Positions 43,027-51,401 of a stretch of DNA of 64,000 nucleotides are shown here, in pieces. The position numbers were made by a program, and so were the translations under genes. The stretch spans positions 19,791-83,790 of the forward strand of contig QCBM01000005.1 of the NCBI GenBank assembly GCA_003281605.1, in the 5' to 3' direction. Under the pieces are notes generated by a model. It was given only the letters and a program-made list of their open reading frames with translations. It searched no databases and was not told the origin of the DNA. The number at the start of each line of letters is the position of its first letter. Within the stretch, counting starts at the first letter, position 1. This DNA is from Prochlorococcus sp. AG-347-I06. GTDB taxonomy: Bacteria > Cyanobacteriota > Cyanobacteriia > PCC-6307 > Cyanobiaceae.

Positions 43027-44121
43027 ATGAACCCCTCAGATTACACAGGTTGCGACATTGATAAAATACAGCTAATTGATAATGAAAATTATCAAAATCG
43101 TTATCACAATAAATCTTTAAAAGACTACTCCTCGGATGTAGGAAAAGGTCCTGAAAATATAGCTGATTTATTAAAAACAAAAAGTTCAAAAGAATGGATT
43201 GTCGATTCCTTTGGAGCTGGAGGTTCATGCGTTTTACTTGCGGGCGAAACAGGATCTGGTAAAACCTCATTTATTTATCAAATGGCTTATGCAATATCTA
43301 CGGGGAATATTTTTTTGGAAGAAATCACTACCCAAAAAAATAAAGTACTAGTTGTTCAATCAGATGAAAGTAAAAATAATGCTCTTGATAAGTTGGAGTT
43401 AATGGATATAGATGGACCAAACTCCAACCTTTATTTCTATTTCGCAGAAGATGGATGGGACAGACTAAATATTAAAAATCTGAAAGAGGTAGTTTTAAAT
43501 CATTCTTTTAAAGTTGTATTGCTTGATAGCGTTACAACATTATTAACCAATAATGGTCGTTCAATGCGAGATCCTGAATTTGCAACGCCTCTTTATGAAT
43601 TAAATAAATTAGCAAGTGAATTAAATATCCTTATTATTTGTACAGCGCATTTAAGAAAGCCAGAGGGAATTAGACATGAAGTATCTATACATGATGTAAT
43701 TGGAGCAATTACACAGAGTGGAGCTGTTAGCGATATTTGGGGTATTTGGGTACCAACAAAACAAAGCCATGAAAATCACTTTATTTTGAAATGCTTAGGG
43801 AAAAGAAACTGTAGAAAAGGAATTATTTGGAATTTAAAAGGCGATGAAGAAGATTTCAGTTTCACTTTAGAAAGTGTAGGAGAAGGAGAATTATTACCCT
43901 CCAAGAATCAAGAATTAAGTTTCTTGATTCTTGATTTCTTACATACAAAAAATGAATTTAAAACGATAAGAGAAATTGCTAATGCGACTTCGTTTAATCA
44001 GGAACATACTAGACGAATTTGTAAAAAACTTTTTCTAGAAAAAGAAATTTCTAGGGATAAAGATATCTCTAAAGGAGGAAGACCAGCCTGGAGGTACGGA
44101 CCTAAGACTTTTCCTACTTAA
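43027..44121 (+). CDS. RepA/DnaB-like AAA ATPase (replicative helicase-like) with C-terminal wHTH
   Basis: GETGSGKT Walker A, VLLDS Walker B, AHLRK; C-terminal TIREIANAT...RRICKKL...GGRP. Confidence 0.8.
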   Translation: MNPSDYTGCDIDKIQLIDNENYQNRYHNKSLKDYSSDVGKGPENIADLLKTKSSKEWIVDSFGAGGSCVLLAGETGSGKTSFIYQMAYAISTGNIFLEEITTQKNKVLVVQSDESKNNALDKLELMDIDGPNSNLYFYFAEDGWDRLNIKNLKEVVLNHSFKVVLLDSVTTLLTNNGRSMRDPEFATPLYELNKLASELNILIICTAHLRKPEGIRHEVSIHDVIGAITQSGAVSDIWGIWVPTKQSHENHFILKCLGKRNCRKGIIWNLKGDEEDFSFTLESVGEGELLPSKNQELSFLILDFLHTKNEFKTIREIANATSFNQEHTRRICKKLFLEKEISRDKDISKGGRPAWRYGPKTFPT

Positions 44122-44160
44122 GGCCTGTAGTTTAGAAATTTAATTTCTTTAGACAAAAAA

Positions 44161-44184
44161 AAGCCATTTGATATCAAATGGCTT
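44161..44184. terminator. Perfect 24-bp palindrome between convergent genes
   Basis: AAGCCATTTGAT|ATCAAATGGCTT; adjacent A run gives a T tail on the minus strand. Confidence 0.75.
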
Positions 44185-44215
44185 AAGTCCTTTTAATTTT
44201 GAGAGTAGGGTTCAT

Positions 44216-46117
44216 TTATAGAACCCTCCTCAATTCGTCTTCCCCACATTTTTCTATGAAACTTTTTAACTTAGCTGGTGGCCATCCAGTTTTAGCTGTC
44301 AAGATTTTGAATTTTTCTAATTCTTTAATCTCTATTCTTTGGCCATCATAAATATGATGGGTTTCTTTACCACTAGCTGAATGCGTTTCAGCAGATATTG
44401 AGATTGAATCTCTATCACCACCTTCAGAAGGAGGACGATTTCGATCTTCATGCTCAACTACAGATTCGAATTGTGCTTTCTCATCCATTAATGATTCAGC
44501 AAACAATTTGATGTTTACGCTCTCTGGAGATAAGTCTCCATTATCATCAGGGACCAAATCAATTCCATCTTCATACTGGTAGAAGTATGCTGTCTGCATA
44601 TCATGAGATAAGTCAGATTCAGTTCTTAGTATTCTTCCAAGTATTTGAGTCCATCTTAATGATGCCTGAATTGTGGTTAAATAAACTCCAACTCTAAGGA
44701 ACTTAATATCTACTCCTTCAGAAATTTTGCCTACGGCAATAATCCATTTAGGTCTATTCTTAGTTCTATTCGTCTTGAAGTTTTTAATAGCGCGTTTGTC
44801 GTCACCAGTTTCTGAATGAACAACAACAGCTTCTTCATTGGTCCACTTTTTTAAGGCCTTCGCAACTGCATCAGCATGGGGAATACTGTCACAAATAATT
44901 AATCCTCCAGCCCATTCATGCGATCTTCTACATTCATCTAATTGATCGTTTGCAGCGATCAAAATATTACGAACATATTCTGTACCATGTGGATGCCTTT
45001 CAGTACCGCATTCAATACAAGCCTTTCTTCTCAACCTTTTAATGATTTTTCTAAGCCTTCTATTGTCAACGATCCTCTCACCTGTAACTGAATCAAACTG
45101 ACATTCGTAAATTTGATCAATATTATCGGTAAGTTTGTGTTTAACTTTTTGTGCTGAAACAAGTTGGCCATCACGCTTTTCTTTAATAGTAAAATCAACA
45201 ACTCCGTTCCATTGTTTAATAACAACATCTCGGACAACTTGATCACCTAAAGCGCAATACCTCGTATTCCATTTCGTTATTCCATATCCATAGGAATATG
45301 CATGGGGTGGACTTAATTCAATTTGGTTCCTGTAATATCTCACCCAAGGTAATTTTTGACGATCACTTCTAAATGGAGTTCCACTTGTCATTAATCGAGC
45401 AACCGTATTACCAAAAGCTAAAGAGAAACATTCTCCCCATCTTTTTTGTTCACCTAAGTGATGACATTCATCAGCAATAATTAATGTCTTATACCTCTTA
45501 CAAACATCTCGTAAGATTTCAGCATTAACCATATTTCCAGAATCATTGTTCCGATAACCTATTTTTGCGTAAGTAGTAACGATACCGTCAAAACCTTCTG
45601 CGCAAGAATTTTTCTTATTAAGATGCAGACCAATTGTTCTAGCATCATCTTCCATTTGATCTCTTAAAAAATCACTTGGAACAGTAACAATAATTTTTTC
45701 TATAAAACCTTGCTCCTTTAAATATGCACCTATAAGTAGAGAGGCAAGAGTTTTTCCTGATCCTGGGAATGCGTGAAGAATAAAAGCATTTATATCTTCT
45801 TTTGGCTTGTTTATCTGCTGAACCATAGACATATAGCATCTTTGAAGAAATTCTTCTTGCCATTTCCTAAGTTCAAAGCCAGGGGGAAGCCAATTACTTA
45901 CATCTATTTTTAAAGATGCTGATTTTTTAAGATTGCATGATCGGCATAGAGCTTGACCATTACTTAATTCAGTTTTTCCTCCTAATGAATAAGGAGTTAT
46001 GTGATCAGCGTGAAAGTCATCGAGACTTATTTCACATGAGCAATTTTGGCATTTACCTTTTGCTCTTAAAAACAATTCTTGTCTTTGTGATTGAGTAAAG
46101 AATCTGTTGTCAGTCAT
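44216..46117 (-). CDS. HNH endonuclease fused to SF2 (ResIII/DExH-like) helicase
   Basis: CQNC...HADHITP...SNGQALCRSCN; AFPGSGKT, DECHH, SGTPFRSD, EGVDI and QILGRILR. Confidence 0.9.
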   Translation of the reverse strand: MTDNRFFTQSQRQELFLRAKGKCQNCSCEISLDDFHADHITPYSLGGKTELSNGQALCRSCNLKKSASLKIDVSNWLPPGFELRKWQEEFLQRCYMSMVQQINKPKEDINAFILHAFPGSGKTLASLLIGAYLKEQGFIEKIIVTVPSDFLRDQMEDDARTIGLHLNKKNSCAEGFDGIVTTYAKIGYRNNDSGNMVNAEILRDVCKRYKTLIIADECHHLGEQKRWGECFSLAFGNTVARLMTSGTPFRSDRQKLPWVRYYRNQIELSPPHAYSYGYGITKWNTRYCALGDQVVRDVVIKQWNGVVDFTIKEKRDGQLVSAQKVKHKLTDNIDQIYECQFDSVTGERIVDNRRLRKIIKRLRRKACIECGTERHPHGTEYVRNILIAANDQLDECRRSHEWAGGLIICDSIPHADAVAKALKKWTNEEAVVVHSETGDDKRAIKNFKTNRTKNRPKWIIAVGKISEGVDIKFLRVGVYLTTIQASLRWTQILGRILRTESDLSHDMQTAYFYQYEDGIDLVPDDNGDLSPESVNIKLFAESLMDEKAQFESVVEHEDRNRPPSEGGDRDSISISAETHSASGKETHHIYDGQRIEIKELEKFKILTAKTGWPPAKLKSFIEKCGEDELRRVL

Positions 46118-47063
46118 TTTTAAATACCTCCAAAATTTGGTTTGCTAATTGAATTGCGGAATTTTTTCCGATTCTTTTGATAATTTTTTTTGCGACTACT
46201 GATGCGTTACCTCTTACACCTACATAGCTGTAAGTTCCATACGCTTTAGCAAGTCCTGCTTCTCTTTCTGCTGCTGCTACCGAGGGAATTAAACCTCTTA
46301 AAAGTCTGTCCAAAGTATTAGATACTCTTTCAGTAGAGGTCCCTTTGCTTTTGCATAAAGAGGGGTTATTTTTTAATTTTGTTAACCTGCTTATCAAGCG
46401 AGTTTTACTATCACTTGGAAGTGAGTCTTTATCTTTTAAATAACTACTCGATGCTTCAAAGAGATTTGTTTGTACTGGGGCATCTCCTGCTGGTGATGTA
46501 TCTAAGGAATTTAATAATTCCTTTAAACGTTCATGTGCTTTAGACCATTCAGGATCAACTTGTTTCATTAAAGAGAGAAGTGTTTCCCATCCGATCATTT
46601 TGGATTTACCAAATCTAAAATCATCACTTAGCTGCTCCAAAGTATTAGGTTCTTCAGTAGCAATAAGTTCTATTAGATAAGTCACTGCCTCACTTGCATC
46701 TTTAGCTGAAGGTTGATGACCAGTTAAGGTTCTCATCAATTCATCAGGTTCAACGCCAAGACAATCTCTTATCCACTCAACAGCTCTTTTGTATTCCCTT
46801 ACTTCTCTCCTACTTTTGATAGAAGGCATAAAGGCAACTTTTTCCCAAGCTTTTTGCTTGAAACAATCAACTAAGGCAGTTGAAAGTGCTGCTGAATTTT
46901 TAGTAGTCCAGTGCTCTTTGAGTATTTGCGTACTCAGAGTTTTAATTTGTGTATCTCTTGGTAGAGAGGACAACCAGCTTTGAGCTTCAATGGTTGCAGT
47001 TTTTTCGTGTAATGTGTTCACTTTGTTCCTGGGGCTAGGTTTAGATGTAAGCCTTAAGCTCAC
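46110..47063 (-). CDS. Hypothetical protein, translationally coupled to the HNH-helicase
   Basis: 8-bp overlap with the helicase start; GTG at 47063 preceded by GGGAGAG (ORF track starts at TTG 47087). Confidence 0.8.
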   Translation of the reverse strand: MSLRLTSKPSPRNKVNTLHEKTATIEAQSWLSSLPRDTQIKTLSTQILKEHWTTKNSAALSTALVDCFKQKAWEKVAFMPSIKSRREVREYKRAVEWIRDCLGVEPDELMRTLTGHQPSAKDASEAVTYLIELIATEEPNTLEQLSDDFRFGKSKMIGWETLLSLMKQVDPEWSKAHERLKELLNSLDTSPAGDAPVQTNLFEASSSYLKDKDSLPSDSKTRLISRLTKLKNNPSLCKSKGTSTERVSNTLDRLLRGLIPSVAAAEREAGLAKAYGTYSYVGVRGNASVVAKKIIKRIGKNSAIQLANQILEVFKND

Positions 47064-47102
47064 AATCAAATACTCTCCCAAAAGCAACTAAAATATATTT
47101 TT

Positions 47103-47119
47103 TACGTGCGAAAAACCAA
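47103..47119 (-). promoter_or_regulatory. 17-bp motif copy A (TTGGTTTTTCGCACGTA on the minus strand)
   Basis: Exact reverse complement of 49318-49334; upstream of the leftward operon. Confidence 0.75.
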
Positions 47120-47189
47120 TTTTTATGCCAGGATTAGCTTATTAAAATTAAAAAATTTAATTATCAAGTAAATATTTTTTTATCTAAAA

Positions 47190-49316
47190 ATGAATGAGAG
47201 ACTAAGATGTCATATGTTTATTGGAATACCTGCAAGCGGGAAATCAACTCTTGCAAATGAACTGGCGCCATTGATAAATGCAGAGATTTTATCAACAGAC
47301 AAAATTAGAGAAGAACTTTATAAAGACGAAACGATTCAAGGAAATTGGAACGAAATTGAATCTTTACTTCATGAAAGACTTAAAGAATACATAAGACAAA
47401 ATAAGCCAGTTATCCTAGATGCTACTTTTGCAATGAGACCTTGGCGTCTAACAATTACTCAAAATCTTTTATTTGATAAAGAAATTGAATGGATTGGCTG
47501 GTGGTTTAAAACACCATTAGAAATTTGCCTTGAATGGAATCAATTAAGAGAGAGGAAAGTCGATGATCCAGTAATTAAAAGATTTGCGGCAGCCCTCTCA
47601 AATAAAATTTTCTCGCCAGATTTATCTGAAGGTTTTGCAACTTTAATAAATATTGATCCATCATCAACAGAAGATATTACAAAAGAAATTAAAAGCAGAC
47701 TTTCGAATTTAGATAGAAATATTACCCAAAGAAAAAATAAAGATTCAATAAAAGAATTGCACGGATACTCAAAATTATTAGATTTTGAGAGACTTCTATA
47801 TCTAATGCAACTGTTAATTAGATTTCCAGATTTAAGTGCGGATGATAAAAAAACAAAATTAGAAATGGAACAAATATGTAACCCAATACCTCAAGGATCT
47901 ATTGAAAACAAAGCCTCTAAATTTTTAAGTACTTTGCATGGCAGTTGTTATTCTGATATTGAAAAATTACATGATGATCTCAAGTGGCTTGATAAGCAGG
48001 GATTTATTAACCATAAAGAAGCAACAGGTAAGCTTGAGCCGCCTCCTGAAGACAAAAATTTTAATAGAGAACTTGGAGGGCTATCAAGATATTCAGAAAA
48101 AGATGCATTTATTAGAGTCATGTCTTTAATCAGATATATCTTACATAACCCTTTTGATGACAAAAGAATTAAAGATGAAAACAATAAGAAGGGTATTAGT
48201 TTGCACGAACACTATATTTCTAAATTAGAAAATATTTATTTCAAAGAGGAAAGAGATACTCTTAGAAAAGATATTGAAAAAATTCTAACTCCATACGGAT
48301 TTAGGGATAAAAATGATAATACAAGGCATGGTTATGTATTAGGAACTGCAGTTTTATCAAGGAACAGACTTGAAGATATTTTTCAGATTATTGATCAAGC
48401 AAAAAATAAATTAAATGATCCAACCATTTCAAGTGTGCACACTAAATTAAAAGAAAGGTTTAAGTGGGCTGGATTTAATTTAGACAATTATCCAGTCAGA
48501 TCATTTGCAAACAAATCTGTTATTAATCCAACTTTTACAAAAAAAGATTCCTTAGCAGTTGATACAAATACTGAAGAACTTGAAAATGCTATAAAGAATG
48601 GTTTTTTAATTGAAATTGAGTTTTTTAGAAGTGCAGGTAAATTTAACGAAGAAGAAAAAGAAGGTTCTCAAAACAAATTGGTTTGGCCAATCCAACTACT
48701 TTTTAATAATATTGGTTGGTATTTGGCCTATGAAGAAAAAACCTTTAGGGATGAACCTGGTCTTTTAAAAACTGAAAGAATTGATCGTATTGCTCTTAGG
48801 AGAATTGATAACTCAAAAATAAGAAATAGAAAAGATAGAGACAAAGCACTTAGAAAAGTTCAAAAATTGGTAGAAATTTCGGGGAGTATTTATTTTGGTG
48901 AAACTGTTGAAAAACAAATTGCAGTACTAAAAAGTAGTGAAGAAAATATTAAAAAATTACTTATTACAGTTCGCTTCAGAACAACTGAAAAAATATTTCG
49001 CTTTCTTCGAGAAGAACTTCAAAGATATCCCTTAAATCAAATGCGTTTAGCAAAGGGTTCAAAGAAAGTATTTTATGAAAATTGGGAAGAACCAGAAAGT
49101 GGGAACTTTGTACTAGAAATGATTAAAGATGATCCTTACCCATATCCAGTTGAGATAGATTTACCTTCATGGACAGTAAAAAATGATAACGATTTTAGAA
49201 GATGGCTATTAGGTTTTAGAGAGGGAATAATTATTGAAAGTCCTACAGAATTTGTAGAAGAGATTAAGTCAAACATATCAAAACTAGGAGAAATATACAA
49301 AACCAAAAATAATTAA
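47190..49316 (+). CDS. AAA_33/PNK-like P-loop kinase fused to HTH-WYL-WCX domains
   Basis: GIPASGKST, STDKIR and ILDAT; WPIQLLFNNIGWYLAY; FRRWLLGF...IESP. Confidence 0.85.
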   Translation: MNERLRCHMFIGIPASGKSTLANELAPLINAEILSTDKIREELYKDETIQGNWNEIESLLHERLKEYIRQNKPVILDATFAMRPWRLTITQNLLFDKEIEWIGWWFKTPLEICLEWNQLRERKVDDPVIKRFAAALSNKIFSPDLSEGFATLINIDPSSTEDITKEIKSRLSNLDRNITQRKNKDSIKELHGYSKLLDFERLLYLMQLLIRFPDLSADDKKTKLEMEQICNPIPQGSIENKASKFLSTLHGSCYSDIEKLHDDLKWLDKQGFINHKEATGKLEPPPEDKNFNRELGGLSRYSEKDAFIRVMSLIRYILHNPFDDKRIKDENNKKGISLHEHYISKLENIYFKEERDTLRKDIEKILTPYGFRDKNDNTRHGYVLGTAVLSRNRLEDIFQIIDQAKNKLNDPTISSVHTKLKERFKWAGFNLDNYPVRSFANKSVINPTFTKKDSLAVDTNTEELENAIKNGFLIEIEFFRSAGKFNEEEKEGSQNKLVWPIQLLFNNIGWYLAYEEKTFRDEPGLLKTERIDRIALRRIDNSKIRNRKDRDKALRKVQKLVEISGSIYFGETVEKQIAVLKSSEENIKKLLITVRFRTTEKIFRFLREELQRYPLNQMRLAKGSKKVFYENWEEPESGNFVLEMIKDDPYPYPVEIDLPSWTVKNDNDFRRWLLGFREGIIIESPTEFVEEIKSNISKLGEIYKTKNN

Positions 49317-49317
49317 T

Positions 49318-49334
49318 TTGGTTTTTCGCACGTA
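49318..49334 (+). promoter_or_regulatory. 17-bp motif copy B (TTGGTTTTTCGCACGTA)
   Basis: Runs into TAGAAT (49333-49338, -10-like) upstream of the rightward operon. Confidence 0.75.
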
Positions 49335-49371
49335 GAATATTTTTTTTTAATAAAATTTTGAGATTCTAAGG

Positions 49372-49866
49372 ATGTCTCACATTAATCCAATGACATCCAA
49401 CAACAAATTCAACAGCTCTGAAAATGATCACCCTGAAAATCAGGGAGACTTTCAAAGCAGCAATCCAAATGTTCCTAATTCTTATTTTGAATTACTTGCC
49501 ATGCAAGGCGGAGTTAATACAAAAACAAAGAACATTAACGAAATTCAGGATCTACCTGAATTAATTCCAGTTATAGAAAACTGTCTTAACTTAATTGCTC
49601 GTACTAAGGAGAAAAGTATTCGCAAACTAAATGAGAATATGCGACTTCTTGATGAGTTAAAAATTATCGAATCTAAGCGGTTTCAAAAAATGAGGCATAT
49701 TAATTCTCATTTAATTGATGAAGAAATTCATGAGCTTATGAAGGACCAACATTATCTTGATAAATTAATTCAACTACTTGATATGAGTGATTGCAATCTG
49801 CATCGATTCATACCCCAATTAATTGATATTGAAAAAGTACTTAAAAACCTAAACGCGGAGATTTAA
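49372..49866 (+). CDS. Hypothetical protein (orphan A); start may be ATG 49390
   Basis: Helical C-terminus; N-terminal motif shared with the next gene. Confidence 0.75.
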   Translation: MSHINPMTSNNKFNSSENDHPENQGDFQSSNPNVPNSYFELLAMQGGVNTKTKNINEIQDLPELIPVIENCLNLIARTKEKSIRKLNENMRLLDELKIIESKRFQKMRHINSHLIDEEIHELMKDQHYLDKLIQLLDMSDCNLHRFIPQLIDIEKVLKNLNAEI

Positions 49867-49870
49867 CCTA

Positions 49871-50329
49871 ATGACAAACAACAAAAACAATGATGAGATC
49901 AAAAGCACTCATCCCGAAGCCTTTGAAGATATAAAGGTTAGCGATTCTGTTCCTAATTCTTATAAAGAACTTTTAGAACTTCAAAAACCAAAGATTGAAT
50001 CTATTGATGATCTTGTAAGTGAAGGCAAAATTGATCCTGAAAAAGCTAAATTTTTAAAGCTATGTACAGAAACTTTTCAATCAGTTCTTGATCTTTTAAA
50101 TAAATTAAAATCTAGTCCTGGTCAAGATATCTTTATTGCAACTATGCTTATTCAAAGAGTTTACTTATTTAATAAAACTTACTTAGAAAAAGCGCAAAAA
50201 AATAAAGAGTTATCAGAACATGAGTTTAATAACTTATCGGAAAGTAATGCCAAATTAAAATGCATATTTCATATGCTCGTTCCGGGAGATGGAGAACTTG
50301 GCGAAAATGGACTCAATTTTACTGTTTAA
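49871..50329 (+). CDS. Hypothetical protein (orphan B)
   Basis: 4 nt after orphan A; shares HPE...VPNSYxELL. Confidence 0.75.
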   Translation: MTNNKNNDEIKSTHPEAFEDIKVSDSVPNSYKELLELQKPKIESIDDLVSEGKIDPEKAKFLKLCTETFQSVLDLLNKLKSSPGQDIFIATMLIQRVYLFNKTYLEKAQKNKELSEHEFNNLSESNAKLKCIFHMLVPGDGELGENGLNFTV

Positions 50330-50341
50330 GGAGGGAAGTAA

Positions 50342-51388
50342 ATGACGAACTCAAAATTAAACAATCCGGGTATTATTTATTTCGTGCAAGAAAAAGATCT
50401 TCTCGGATACAGCACTCCTAATTACGTAAAAATTGGCTTAGTTAAAAGCAATGAGATTGGGCGATCAGGAGAGGATAGAAAGGATGAACACCAAACAGGA
50501 AATCCTAGACCTCTCTACATAGCCCACTCAATTACAACTAAAGCAAGTGTTTCAAAATTAGAAAGTTTAATACACCAAAAACTTTCGCTTCACAGGCACA
50601 GAGGTGAGTGGTTTGTAAAACCAAATGGAGAAATAGATCCCTTCATTAAAGAATCAAATCTTATAAATGAACAACTTCAAGATCAATTAAAAAATGATCT
50701 TAAAATTGAAGAACTAAATTCTCAAGTTAGTTCAGGTAAAACCACAAAACCCTCTTCTGAAGCTCAAGACATTCACAATGAATTGCTTAGAGTTATTAAA
50801 GAAAAAAAAGAAATCGAAACTCAAAAGAAAATTATTGAACTAAAGCTAAGACTATTATCTGGTAGTTCAAATAATTCTATTGAGGGAGTATTTCAATGGA
50901 TTTTAAAAAGAGAATCACAAAGATTTGATGCCAAGAATTTTGAAAAAGAAAATCCTGAATTATTTGAAAAATATGCAAAAGAATCTCAAAGCTCAATCTT
51001 TAGAATCCAAAAAATAAATTCCAATATCAATAAAGAATTAATAGAAGAATTAAATAGTAAAGTTAGCCATTTAGATGCCTCTGAAAAGAGCACAAAAATT
51101 GCAAGAAGCAATGAAGCAGAGGATCTTCACAGAGAGTGGCTTACTTTGCTTTCACAACAACAACCTCTTGAACTTAAGAAAGAAAATCTTGTAAATCAAC
51201 TTAAAATATTATGTGATAATAATTCAGGCCTTGAGAATATATGCTCTTGGAAAAGAGAACCAATTAAAAAAATTAAGAAAAGTGATCTATCAGAATTAGA
51301 TAAAGATATAGTTAATAAATATCTTGTAAAGGTAAAATCAACTTCCTCCTTTATGTTAAATACCTTTAGAGCATATAAATTTAAGTAA
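50342..51388 (+). CDS. GIY-YIG superfamily (T5orf172/MUG113-like) nuclease with coiled-coil tail
   Basis: IIYFVQE...VKIG...QTGNP...LESLIHQKL...RGEWF; SD GAGGGAAG. Confidence 0.85.
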   Translation: MTNSKLNNPGIIYFVQEKDLLGYSTPNYVKIGLVKSNEIGRSGEDRKDEHQTGNPRPLYIAHSITTKASVSKLESLIHQKLSLHRHRGEWFVKPNGEIDPFIKESNLINEQLQDQLKNDLKIEELNSQVSSGKTTKPSSEAQDIHNELLRVIKEKKEIETQKKIIELKLRLLSGSSNNSIEGVFQWILKRESQRFDAKNFEKENPELFEKYAKESQSSIFRIQKINSNINKELIEELNSKVSHLDASEKSTKIARSNEAEDLHREWLTLLSQQQPLELKKENLVNQLKILCDNNSGLENICSWKREPIKKIKKSDLSELDKDIVNKYLVKVKSTSSFMLNTFRAYKFK

Positions 51389-51401
51389 GGAGTATATTCT
51401 A

